DNA of 64,000 nucleotides, from the NCBI GenBank assembly GCA_040753435.1, contig JBFMEN010000003.1:10916-74915 (forward strand), written 5' to 3'. How positions within the stretch are numbered: position 1 is the first letter of the stretch; each line of letters begins with the position of its first letter. Position numbers and translations under genes: made by a program. The stretch comes from Candidatus Omnitrophota bacterium. Its GTDB lineage: Bacteria; Omnitrophota; Gorgyraeia; Zapsychrales; JANLHA01. Positions 17,554 to 26,936 of this stretch are shown here, piece after piece. Under the pieces are notes generated by a model. That model saw only the letters and a list, made by a program, of their open reading frames with translations. It was not told the DNA's origin and did not search any database.

Positions 17554-18870
17554 ATGAACATTCTCATGATGAGCAATACTTATAAGCCGATCGTCGGAGG
17601 TTTGGAAAGATCGATCGAGATCCTCGTGACAGAGTTTCGCCGGCGGGGGCATCAGGTGATGCTCGTTTCGCCGGAGATGAAGGGGGCCCCGGAGGAAGAA
17701 GGGGTTTTCCGGATCCCGGCCATTCAGCATTTTAACGGGACAGATTTTTCAGTCGAGCTCCCTGTCCCCATGGGTTTGTCTGCAGAGCTGAATAAATTCA
17801 ATCCGGATATCGTGCATTCCCATCACCCGTTTTTGATCGGGGATACCGCCTTGCGGGTTGCTTCCAAGTTCAACGTGCCGATCGTTTTTACATATCACAC
17901 CCTGTATGAAGAATATATCCATTATGTTCCCGGCAATAACGCCTTAATCAAAAAGTTTGTCATCGAGTTGGCGAAAGGGTACTGCGAGTTGTGTGATCAT
18001 GTCATCGCGCCAAGTGACAGCGTTGCGGCCCTGCTTAAATCAAGAGGGGTCAAGACTTCCATCAGCGTGATACCTTCCGGGATTTACTTTTATGATTATA
18101 TGTCTCTTGAGCCACGCAGAAGCCCTCTTTTATCCGGTATCCCCGAAAATGCTTTTATCGTCGGAACGGCAGGAAGAATTGCCCCGGAAAAGAATATAGA
18201 TTTTCTGACGGCAACGATGATCGCGTTTCTTAAAAGACAGCCGCAGGCATATTTTATGGTCATTGGTGACGGACCGTTGTTGAAAGAAGTTGAAAAGCGT
18301 TTTATTAATGCCGGGTTATCAAATCGTTTTATTGCGACTGGAACCCTGACCGGCGGTGAACTTGCAAGCGGATACCGATCCCTTGACGCTTTTGTATTCG
18401 CCTCTCATAGCGAAACCCAGGGTCTGGTGGTGGTTGAAGCCATGTCTTCCGGTGTCCCTGTCGTCGCGATTGACGCCTCCGGAGTTCGCGAAGTCGTGAA
18501 GGACAGGAAAAATGGGCGGCTGATTGCCGGAGATGATGAACGGGAATTCGTTGCCGCGCTTGAGTGGGTGATGGGGCTTTCGGAAGATGAAAAAAACAGG
18601 ATCAAGGCCGGCGCAAGGGAAAAAGGGAGGGAGTTTTCAATTGACTTAAGCGTCGAAAAGATTTTAACCCTTTTTTCAGACATCCTTCTTTGTGAAAAAA
18701 AGATTTGTGACTTAAACGATAATCTGTGGAGGAGATCTGCCCGGCTCATTAAAACTGAAAAGAATATCATGGTGAATCTTTCAAGAGCAACAGGAGGCGC
18801 CCTCCATGAATTTCCAAGAAAGTTATTGGAGAGCGTAAGGGAGAAGGCAAAAGAAAAGACTAAAAATTAG
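17554..18870 (+). CDS. GT4 glycosyltransferase (diacylglycerol alpha-glucosyltransferase-like)
   Basis: MNILMMSNTY.P.VGG, PIVFTYHTLYEEY.HY, GRIAPEKN, SETQGLVVVEAM. Confidence 0.9.
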   Translation: MNILMMSNTYKPIVGGLERSIEILVTEFRRRGHQVMLVSPEMKGAPEEEGVFRIPAIQHFNGTDFSVELPVPMGLSAELNKFNPDIVHSHHPFLIGDTALRVASKFNVPIVFTYHTLYEEYIHYVPGNNALIKKFVIELAKGYCELCDHVIAPSDSVAALLKSRGVKTSISVIPSGIYFYDYMSLEPRRSPLLSGIPENAFIVGTAGRIAPEKNIDFLTATMIAFLKRQPQAYFMVIGDGPLLKEVEKRFINAGLSNRFIATGTLTGGELASGYRSLDAFVFASHSETQGLVVVEAMSSGVPVVAIDASGVREVVKDRKNGRLIAGDDEREFVAALEWVMGLSEDEKNRIKAGAREKGREFSIDLSVEKILTLFSDILLCEKKICDLNDNLWRRSARLIKTEKNIMVNLSRATGGALHEFPRKLLESVREKAKEKTKN

Positions 18871-18882
18871 AGGAATTTATGT

Positions 18883-19347
18883 ATGCAATCGAAAAAGAAA
18901 AATATCCTTATTGTTCTTTTCCTTTCATTTATCCCAGGTCTGCCACAGTTTTATTTGGGTTTATCAAAGAAAGCTGCAAGCCTTTTTATCATTGATGCCG
19001 CTCTGTTCTTGTCATTTTTCCTGACTCATTCATATGTATCCCGTCTATTGGCGGTTGTTATTTATCTGATAACTTTTTTTCCGGCAGCCATTGAAAGTCA
19101 TCAGATTGCCCGGTATGGCGAAAACAGAATTGATACCAGTGCTAAATGGTACGTTATAGCGCTCTTGTTGACGACGGGGTTTTCAGCGCTGCCTCTTTTG
19201 TGGCAAAGCGAACATTTTTCACGGCAGGCGAAAATGATCTGGACCGCTGCGGTGCCGATTTTGGCGGCTATTTTTTTTACAGGTCTCATCAAATACTGGA
19301 GCCATATTGAACGGATAATCCAGTCAGCCTTGACAGGAAGGACTTGA
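18883..19347 (+). CDS. Membrane protein
   Basis: Several TM segments; TM2-like FIPGLPQFYLG. Confidence 0.7.
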   Translation: MQSKKKNILIVLFLSFIPGLPQFYLGLSKKAASLFIIDAALFLSFFLTHSYVSRLLAVVIYLITFFPAAIESHQIARYGENRIDTSAKWYVIALLLTTGFSALPLLWQSEHFSRQAKMIWTAAVPILAAIFFTGLIKYWSHIERIIQSALTGRT

Positions 19348-19350
19348 GGA

Positions 19351-20772
19351 ATGGGGGAAGATCGCTCAAATTCAGATTTCGGCAACATTAAAGAACAGAT
19401 TATTCAATTTGATTCCTGTACTGCTCTGATGAATGCCCTTGCGCGATTTCTTCATGGGCTGGATTTTCCACTCGTCGGGCTTGGTCATAATGTTCCTTCC
19501 TGGCTTGGGTCGCTCGTTGATGCTATTCCCAGAAAAATACGCTTAAAAATTTACGGCTGGAGCGGATGGATTGATGCCTTGCCTTCGGAAAAGCTTCCAG
19601 AACTTCGCTCTGAAAATATTGACCGGTGGGTTGCATCTGTTTACCCCAAGCGGCAGTATCCCGGTATCATGTTCGGCTCGGCCAATGGGGCGGCGATTCA
19701 TATTGCTGCCGCATTGGGGATCCCCTGGCTCCCGCAGACTTTTTTGACTGCGGCCAGACGTTTTTTGCCGCCGGATGAAATCCGGAAGGATATTGAATGG
19801 GGAAAACAGGTCATTCGTCCTTTTCTTCATTTGAATCCGGATCTGCAGACGACGCAGATGCACGACCCGGTCCAGGACAGGCTGATGATCCAGAAAATGG
19901 GATATTTCCGGATTAAAAAAATGCGGCTGGGAAAGATTTATGAAAAATTTATTTTGGAAAATCTGAAGATGCCTGCTGTGTTTATGACCGTGGAATGCCG
20001 TCTTTTATGGCCTGCACTTGAAGTCGGTGAGCGGCATTATTTTCAAGTTGGCGGATTGGGGTCGGTTAAACCGTATGAATATCTGCACGGCAGTAACCGG
20101 GTGAAGTCTTTCCTCAAACAGATGGGTTCGACTTTGGAACGATGGGAGACATTTCAACCGACGGGAGAGTTCGCAGAGGGAGAATGGGGGTTCGTTGAAC
20201 AATGCCTGCCCGACATACAGCGGTTTGTCGGCAAGCACAATATTCCCTGGGTCAGGATTATTTTTGATCATCCGGAAGATCTTGCCCCGTTCACCGCCGC
20301 ACTTTATGAGTGGTGGTATCGGCGGTTGGGACGCGCTTCCAACATTTTGTTGATTGAAAACTTCGGTTTGATGGCGCCTTTCGATACTGTTGAGGGAAAC
20401 GTCATTCCCTTCTGGCTGGCGTTTAATACAGAAGATTCCCTTAACCGGATTAAAAAATATTTGGAGAGGCATCATTCATTCAGTGAGATTTATTTGATGC
20501 TGATGTCAAACGGAGTCCCTGATGAGATCGGGCTGGTAACGATTGACAAATGGAGAAATATTTTGGCAACGGCTAAGGAGAAGGGTGATTTTATCGGGGT
20601 TAATGAGCGCGAATATCCTTTAGACTTCGGGACGTTCATTAAATATAACCAGGAATTAAAGAAGAAAATCAAAAACAGGATGCCGTTGCCGGAGCCGTTG
20701 TCCCTTGAAGATCTGAGGGAATTTGTTGAGACGCATCAAGGGATGTATCATGTCCAGTGGAAGTCCTCCTGA
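19351..20772 (+). CDS. Hypothetical cytoplasmic protein
   Basis: Long ORF tightly packed in the operon; motifs FGSANGA, QMHDPVQDRLM, EGEWGF; no family assigned. Confidence 0.75.
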   Translation: MGEDRSNSDFGNIKEQIIQFDSCTALMNALARFLHGLDFPLVGLGHNVPSWLGSLVDAIPRKIRLKIYGWSGWIDALPSEKLPELRSENIDRWVASVYPKRQYPGIMFGSANGAAIHIAAALGIPWLPQTFLTAARRFLPPDEIRKDIEWGKQVIRPFLHLNPDLQTTQMHDPVQDRLMIQKMGYFRIKKMRLGKIYEKFILENLKMPAVFMTVECRLLWPALEVGERHYFQVGGLGSVKPYEYLHGSNRVKSFLKQMGSTLERWETFQPTGEFAEGEWGFVEQCLPDIQRFVGKHNIPWVRIIFDHPEDLAPFTAALYEWWYRRLGRASNILLIENFGLMAPFDTVEGNVIPFWLAFNTEDSLNRIKKYLERHHSFSEIYLMLMSNGVPDEIGLVTIDKWRNILATAKEKGDFIGVNEREYPLDFGTFIKYNQELKKKIKNRMPLPEPLSLEDLREFVETHQGMYHVQWKSS

Positions 20773-20785
20773 AAGGAGGAACAAC

Positions 20786-21427
20786 ATGGAAAAAATCGAA
20801 GAAGTGAAAAGTTTTCTTTTATGGGCGTTCCGCCTGCTTTTGGTCGTTACCGGAATAGTAGCACTGTGGATCGGTGATATCGAAAATTTTCTTTTTGTCA
20901 CCTTAACGCTTTTTCTGACGTTCCTGCCGAGTCTTATTGAGCGCCAGTTACGGATTGAGTATCCCGGCGAACTTGAAATCCTTATTTTATTTTTGATCAT
21001 GTCATCTATGTATCTGGGTGAGATGCATGCGTATTATTACAAATTCAGGTGGTGGGATACTCTGCTTCATGGCGTTTCGGCCATTATTGTAGGCGGAATT
21101 GGCTTCTCGCTGGTCTTTATTTTGAATCGTTCTGAAAGAGTTGCACTGAAACTCAGTCCAAAATTCGTAGCTGTTTTCGCCTTTGGTTTTTCGTTATCCG
21201 TCGGGACTCTGTGGGAAATATTTGAATTTGCCATGGATCAGCTTTTTGGCTTCAACATGCAAAAGAGCGGTCTCATCGATACCATGTGGGATCTGATTAC
21301 AAACGCCATCGGCGCATTTCTTTTTTCACTCGTTGGATATTTTCACATCCGGCATGGCATCACCATCTTTAATTATCTTGAAAAAAAATTTTTCAGAATG
21401 AACCCTGATCTGAAAATAAAAAAATAG
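20786..21427 (+). CDS. Membrane protein (DUF2238/YjdF-like)
   Basis: SD AGGAGGA before MEKIEE; WWDTLLH, LWEIFEF..D, GLIDTMWDL. Confidence 0.7.
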   Translation: MEKIEEVKSFLLWAFRLLLVVTGIVALWIGDIENFLFVTLTLFLTFLPSLIERQLRIEYPGELEILILFLIMSSMYLGEMHAYYYKFRWWDTLLHGVSAIIVGGIGFSLVFILNRSERVALKLSPKFVAVFAFGFSLSVGTLWEIFEFAMDQLFGFNMQKSGLIDTMWDLITNAIGAFLFSLVGYFHIRHGITIFNYLEKKFFRMNPDLKIKK

Positions 21428-21553
21428 TTTCCATCCCATGACTGTTATTTCTAAAACAGAAAAAAGTCGATAAATAATGGAAGCAGACCATGGCGTGGAC
21501 GGGACTGTCTTTATAAAATAAAGTGCCTATTTCAGGACAGAGAGGAGGAAGGA

Positions 21554-21940
21554 ATGTTTTTCTGGGATATCATTGCGGCCATGGCCACAGCTGTCCTGTT
21601 AACAGCGATTTTTGAGGGAGGCAGCCACCGGGGAGGACTCGGAGACGGCGCATTATTGTTTTTCTTTATTATATTTTTGACAGCATGGGCCGGAGGGTTA
21701 TGGATTACACCTTTTGGGCCTGCTTTTTTTGGAATTTACTGGTTCCCCTTTTTATTTTTTTCATTAGTGACGGCATTGCTGATGGCGGGGTTATTGGAAT
21801 CAAAGGCGTTGAGAACAAATGCTGGGACCGTGGCAAAGGAAGGGACCGGTCTCGAGTCAGTTAAAGTTAATGTTGTCTTTTACTGGACGCTTATCTTTAT
21901 TCTGGTCTTTTGGATAATTTTTGGATATTTATGGCTTTAG
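21554..21940 (+). CDS. Small membrane protein
   Basis: SD GAGGAGG; four hydrophobic segments; WAGGLWITPFGP. Confidence 0.7.
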   Translation: MFFWDIIAAMATAVLLTAIFEGGSHRGGLGDGALLFFFIIFLTAWAGGLWITPFGPAFFGIYWFPFLFFSLVTALLMAGLLESKALRTNAGTVAKEGTGLESVKVNVVFYWTLIFILVFWIIFGYLWL

Positions 21941-21993
21941 GGATCATTGGCTGAACCGGCCTTTTCAGTGAAGAGAATGAACTTTAGGGGGAA

Positions 21994-22332
21994 TTGATGA
22001 CTGAGCCGTGGTATTTAAAGCAATCCGAGCTGGGGAGAGCCTTCCAGCATTTTTATGTAACTTGCAAAGAGAAGACCTTTCTTGATAAAAAGACGGCAGA
22101 ATTGATGAAACTGGCTTTGGCCTGTGTGTTACGCTGCCCTCATTGCACGGAAAATCATATTAAAGCAAGTATGGTTGCTGGAGCGACGAAACAGGAAGTC
22201 GCGGAAGCCTTGTTGATCGCGGCCGTTGAAGGGGCCGGAAGCCAGCTCTACTGGCAGAAGGAAGTGTTTGAAAAATATTTTAACGAAGCGGATCAGGAGG
22301 GAAAGAATGGCCAAGGTTGCCGTGATCATTGA
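21994..22332 (+). CDS. Carboxymuconolactone decarboxylase/AhpD-family protein
   Basis: LDKKTAELMKLALACVLRCPHCTENH...GATKQEVAEA. Confidence 0.85.
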   Translation: MMTEPWYLKQSELGRAFQHFYVTCKEKTFLDKKTAELMKLALACVLRCPHCTENHIKASMVAGATKQEVAEALLIAAVEGAGSQLYWQKEVFEKYFNEADQEGKNGQGCRDH

Positions 22333-22831
22333 TGATCTTTTTGAAGATTCGGAGTATACAGAACCCGTGGATGCGTTTGAAGAAGCCGGCCATGATGTGA
22401 TGAATGTGGGGCTTCATCAGGGAGAACATGTCGAGGGAAAGAGCAAAGGGATATCCGTTGAAATCGATGAGGAAGTCAGCGGCGCGTCAGAGGATGAGTT
22501 CGATGCGCTTTTTATTCCCGGAGGATATTCTCCCGATCGTCTCCGTTCGCATCCTGATGCTGTAAATTTTGTCAAAGGCTTTATGCAGAAGGGGAAACCG
22601 GTTTTTGCGATTTGTCACGGCCCTCAATTATTAATTACTGCGGGGCTGTTATCGGGGAAAAAAGTAACGGGGTGGAAATCAATCAAGCAAGACATTAAAA
22701 ATGCCGGCGCCGAGTTTCTGGATCAGCCGGTTGTTGAAGATGGAAATCTTATCACGAGCCGGAGTCCGGCGGACATCCCGCTATTTAACCAGGCTTGTTT
22801 AAAAGAATTAAACCGGTTAGGCCGTGCTTGA
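22307..22831 (+). CDS. pfpI: PfpI/DJ-1 family deglycase/protease
   Basis: MAKVAVII..FEDSE, FIPGGYSPD.LR, AICHGPQLL, DGNLITSRSP.D; SD GGAGG before ATG 22307. Confidence 0.9.
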   Translation: MAKVAVIIDDLFEDSEYTEPVDAFEEAGHDVMNVGLHQGEHVEGKSKGISVEIDEEVSGASEDEFDALFIPGGYSPDRLRSHPDAVNFVKGFMQKGKPVFAICHGPQLLITAGLLSGKKVTGWKSIKQDIKNAGAEFLDQPVVEDGNLITSRSPADIPLFNQACLKELNRLGRA

Positions 22832-22919
22832 TTTGCACGGAAGGCGAGGGAACCTTGATAATACAGGCTTCCTGTGTTAGACTCTCAACAGTTCCTTAAA
22901 CCGCTAATGAAAAGAATCG

Positions 22920-24416
22920 ATGGCCTATCAAATTCTTTTAATCGATGACGATGCCTCCTTCCGTCAGGAATTCCGGGAGTATCTTAATGATGTTAAGGTT
23001 GTTGAAGCGTCATCCGGCCAGGAAGCCCAAAATATTTTATCCACGCCAAATGACATTGATCTTGTTATCCTTGATGAGATGTTGAGCCATGAAAGAGGCA
23101 CGGAAATTCTGCCGCGTCTCAGACAAATCGCACCGCATTTACCTGTCATTCTTCTGACCGGGTACAGTTCCAAAGATATCGCCGTTGATGCTCTGCGCGC
23201 CCAGGCCGCGGATTACCTTGAAAAACCTTTAAACCCGAAAAAGTACGGAATTATCCGTTCTTATTTCACGTCCGTTCCGAGAGATACAGACGGGAGCTTT
23301 ACCAACGGTTTTGAAGGGAAGATCGAATGGGTCAAACGTTATCTTTGCAAGAATTACGATAAAAGGGTGAGGCTCAAGGATGTGGCGGAGGGTGTCTGCT
23401 GGAGCACCAAGTATCTCAGCCGTATTTTTAAAGAGCATATGGGTTCAAGTTTCAGCGAATATAAATTGGGCATTAAAATTGAAAAAGCTAAAGAATGGCT
23501 TCAGAGTGACGGACGGACCATCGATCAGATTTCGCTGAAGCTCGGGTATGAGAATACCGATTCTTTCGTCAAGATATTCAAAAAATTTAACGGCTGCACT
23601 CCCTCCGAATATCGCAAAAAGAATTTACAACAACCGGAGGCATCTCGTATTGCAAGAGCAAGGGATTCCGTTGAGGCTGAACCACAAAAATCCATGAAAA
23701 GGATCCGGAAATCGCAGAAGACAGAAATCGATTCCCAAAGGCTTCAATATTTATCTGATATCAGCCGGTTGGCCTCGATGGTTGCGCACGAATTGCGCAA
23801 TCCTATCGGCGTCATCTCCACGGCACTCTGGAATATCCGAAGGAAGAACAAAAATCCGGATTTAGAAACGAATATTCAGAGCATCGAAAAGAAAGTCGAT
23901 GAAAGCATTTCGATCATAAATAATTTATTGAACTATTCCCGTCTGCGGATTCCGCGTTTTAAACCGGTTAAACTGGATGAAATCCTTATCGATTCCGTTC
24001 AATCGGTTTCTAAAAAATTTCGTCATCGCGCCAATCAAGTGCAAATACACCAGGATTTAAAGACATTAGAAACTGCTATTGTTAACGGTGACCCGAGTCA
24101 ATTAAGGCAGGTTTTCAAAAACATTCTCATCAATGCTTATCAAGCGCTGGAGGGAGTCCCTGACCCCAGGATTGAGATATGGGGAGAAGTCAAGGCCGAG
24201 CAAGCCCGAGTCTTTATCCGTGATAACGGCCCAGGAATTAAAAAACAAAATCTTAAAAAGGTTTTCGATCTTTTTTATTCAGAACGATCGCGTGGGGCCG
24301 GACTGGGTCTGTCGATCGCCAAGCAGCTTGTTGAAATGCACAATGGAACGATAAGCATCAAAAGTGAAATGGGACAGGGCACTCTCGTTTCCATTTTCCT
24401 TCCTGTCACAGCTTGA
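22920..24416 (+). CDS. Fusion of receiver domain, AraC HTH and histidine kinase (HisKA-HATPase)
   Basis: ILLIDDD...DLVILDE...YLEKP; YLSRIFK...LGYEN..SF.K.FKK..G.TPSEYRK; AHELRNPI, NILINA, DNGPG, GAGLGL. Confidence 0.85.
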   Translation: MAYQILLIDDDASFRQEFREYLNDVKVVEASSGQEAQNILSTPNDIDLVILDEMLSHERGTEILPRLRQIAPHLPVILLTGYSSKDIAVDALRAQAADYLEKPLNPKKYGIIRSYFTSVPRDTDGSFTNGFEGKIEWVKRYLCKNYDKRVRLKDVAEGVCWSTKYLSRIFKEHMGSSFSEYKLGIKIEKAKEWLQSDGRTIDQISLKLGYENTDSFVKIFKKFNGCTPSEYRKKNLQQPEASRIARARDSVEAEPQKSMKRIRKSQKTEIDSQRLQYLSDISRLASMVAHELRNPIGVISTALWNIRRKNKNPDLETNIQSIEKKVDESISIINNLLNYSRLRIPRFKPVKLDEILIDSVQSVSKKFRHRANQVQIHQDLKTLETAIVNGDPSQLRQVFKNILINAYQALEGVPDPRIEIWGEVKAEQARVFIRDNGPGIKKQNLKKVFDLFYSERSRGAGLGLSIAKQLVEMHNGTISIKSEMGQGTLVSIFLPVTA

Positions 24417-24569
24417 ATCCTTTCCGGTTAAATCTTATAAAATCCAGTAGAATCCGGATGTATAAAAGGGGTAACAGGCCATGTTGCCGTTCCGGCCGTT
24501 TATTATAATGCTCTTACGATTTATTCACTTATGAAAAATAATTGTTAATAACGCGCGGGGGGCAGCATT

Positions 24570-24920
24570 ATGAGAGCATATAATCTGGTCAGTGAGCTTG
24601 GGCATGACTTTTTTTTAACGCTTGATGGCATGGTCTCTCCGAAAATGGAAATCGTCGAGAGGCCGAAGTTTGTCAACGGCAACAAATTATTCGTTCAAAT
24701 CTGGTTTGATCCTGAGAGCGCTGATAAATTCAGAGTGCAGGAATGTGCTTCGCTGATTATTATTGATAGAGAAGATAACCGGCTTTATCTCATTGAAGGT
24801 GTCATTGAAAAGCTTGAACGACAGGAAGAGGAAGAGATGCAGGCCATCCAGGAACGTTTTTATCAAAGTCAATCTCTGTGGGGAGTGACTCTGAAAATCA
24901 GGACCGCGAAATCAATATGA
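24570..24920 (+). CDS. Hypothetical protein
   Basis: ORF with a G-rich SD; no confident family. Confidence 0.55.
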   Translation: MRAYNLVSELGHDFFLTLDGMVSPKMEIVERPKFVNGNKLFVQIWFDPESADKFRVQECASLIIIDREDNRLYLIEGVIEKLERQEEEEMQAIQERFYQSQSLWGVTLKIRTAKSI

Positions 24921-25085
24921 TTTGAAGCCTTTGATTTCGCCGGGCAGAGGCTGGTTAAATAATTTTAAAAGCCGCTTTTTATTTTAGTTTATCGTAAAAA
25001 TTAAAAGATGGCTTTTTTTCTATCCTGATTTAAAATAAATTTATATTTATTCAAATATAAAAAACATATCGAAAGGCGCGCAGAG

Positions 25086-25727
25086 ATGTTTGGTTATATC
25101 GTTAAAGAATTAAGCGAACACTCCCCATTTACTTTATTTGGCGCTTTGACAGGAATTCTTTTAATGATGATTTTTAAAAATATGCCCCATGAAATTGCTC
25201 ATGGGATTTTTTATGTATTCCATCCCGCCCATGTATTTTTGAGTGCAATGGTGACAACTGCTTTGTATTGCCAGTACAGGCCGGATTCCCGTTCTCTAAA
25301 AAAAGTATGGAAGGTCATTTTAATCGGTTTTGTGGGTTCAGTCGGGGTTGGAACCCTTAGTGACTCTTTAATTCCTTTATGGGGGGAGCAATTGCTGGAT
25401 ATGGGAAATCCTGAGCCTCATATCGGATTTATTGAGAAATGGTGGATTGTTAACCCGATTGCCGTCGCCGGTATCTTTGTCGCCTATAATTTTCCGTTCA
25501 CAAAATATCCACATGCGCTGCACGTCCTGGTAAGCACATGGGCATCCCTGTTTCATATGATGATGGCTCAAAACCCGGGAGACGCGATTCCGTATTTTGG
25601 AGTTTTTATTTTTCTGTTCCTGGGGGTTTGGTTTCCGTGTTGTTGCAGCGATATTATTTTCCCTCTTCTTTTTGTAAGGAAGCCCGAGGACATTTTAAAA
25701 AAGGAATGCAGTTTCTGCGGCCATTAA
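25086..25727 (+). CDS. Membrane protein with His/Cys motifs (possible metal handling)
   Basis: EHSPFT, FHPAHVFLSA, PHALHVLVSTWASLFH, PCCCSD. Confidence 0.7.
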   Translation: MFGYIVKELSEHSPFTLFGALTGILLMMIFKNMPHEIAHGIFYVFHPAHVFLSAMVTTALYCQYRPDSRSLKKVWKVILIGFVGSVGVGTLSDSLIPLWGEQLLDMGNPEPHIGFIEKWWIVNPIAVAGIFVAYNFPFTKYPHALHVLVSTWASLFHMMMAQNPGDAIPYFGVFIFLFLGVWFPCCCSDIIFPLLFVRKPEDILKKECSFCGH

Positions 25728-25768
25728 CCAAGCTGGAAAGCATTCACTGCATCTTGAAAAGGGGGCAT

Positions 25769-26665
25769 ATGAACAAGTTTGAAAAACGATGGTTCATTAC
25801 AACTCTTTTTATTCTGGCGATTCTTTTTGATGTTCGTTCTTCGTTTGCTTTTGTCAATTTTTTCGACGTGAAATCTTCTGATCCCTGGGAAGCGACCCTT
25901 AAGACGGAGTACACCTTTGAAACCGGTGTCGACTCCCAGGATGGTGATTTTTCGGTAGGACATTCAGAGCTCGGTTTAAAAAAAGAATTTAAGCTCGAAA
26001 ATGGTCTCCCGGTCGATTTTGGGATTGCCATGGATCATTACACGATTCACGATGATACTCCGGTTGATCTTCCTGCCTCCCTTCAAAGCAAGGGGATAAT
26101 TCTCGGGGCTAAAATGCCGATGCCGTTTACGACGAGTGATTATTTGTTCATGGGCGTAAGTATGGGGGCGTACCTTCAAAGCGCGGGAGACCATGCCTTT
26201 CATTCCAGTGCGTTTCGTTTCAAAAACCGCCTTTACGGGATTTATAAAAAGGATGAGCGGTTTATTTTTGTGATGGGCGTTATGGCGAATCCCGATTATG
26301 AAGAGCGGGCGGTGCGGCCTTTTGCCGGTATGCAGTATCTTATAAATGACCGTTGGAGTATTCATTTCCTATCCGATGATCCTTTTGTTGCTTATCGCCT
26401 TAGTGATAGAACCACGTTAAAATGCCAGTTAAGCATTATCAATGATGAGTTTGAGGTTGTCTCAGGTTCCAGGAGAGGGGAGATTGTTAACATTAATGAA
26501 TATCATATCGGTTTGGGGGTTGAACACGAGATCAAAAAGGACATGAATGTCCAGGGTACTGTTGGCTGGGCCACGGGACGCAAGTATGAATATCTTAAGG
26601 ATGGAGGGAAAGTCGTTCCTGAGGACGGGATATTCTTGGGGCTCAGTCTTAACCTTGGATTCTAA
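25769..26665 (+). CDS. Outer-membrane beta-barrel protein (DUF6268-like)
   Basis: Signal peptide SFA|F, amphipathic beta strands, C-terminal LSLNLGF beta-signal. Confidence 0.7.
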   Translation: MNKFEKRWFITTLFILAILFDVRSSFAFVNFFDVKSSDPWEATLKTEYTFETGVDSQDGDFSVGHSELGLKKEFKLENGLPVDFGIAMDHYTIHDDTPVDLPASLQSKGIILGAKMPMPFTTSDYLFMGVSMGAYLQSAGDHAFHSSAFRFKNRLYGIYKKDERFIFVMGVMANPDYEERAVRPFAGMQYLINDRWSIHFLSDDPFVAYRLSDRTTLKCQLSIINDEFEVVSGSRRGEIVNINEYHIGLGVEHEIKKDMNVQGTVGWATGRKYEYLKDGGKVVPEDGIFLGLSLNLGF

Positions 26666-26718
26666 CCATATTCCTGCCGCCATCGTGCGGATAATGTTTA
26701 TATCTGTTTTTTAAAATC

Positions 26719-26863
26719 GAGTTCGGGCTTGAAATCTGCTTTAATGATTATTCAAAAATATCAAGGGACCCTGAAAGTAGTCAGCAAACCGGGTGAAGGC
26801 TCGGTCTTTACGATCGTTCTGCCGTCCATCCAGCATGCTTCCAAGAAATACTTGTCCTTTTAG
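26719..26863 (+). pseudogene. Remnant of a histidine kinase HATPase C-terminus
   Basis: FGLEICFN, a +1 frameshift, then IIQKYQGTLKVVSKPGEGSVFTIVLP; no start or upstream domain. Confidence 0.65.
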
Positions 26864-26936
26864 TTGTTCTTTAGCGAATCCGTTTTTCAAAGAAAACATT
26901 TAATCAGTAATTTCTTCAAGGGACAAAGGAGTAATC

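Noticed and set aside
25769-26665. Beta-barrel as the TpsB partner of the adjacent TPS protein
   Set aside because: About 300 aa with no room for POTRA domains; too small for an Omp85/TpsB transporter.
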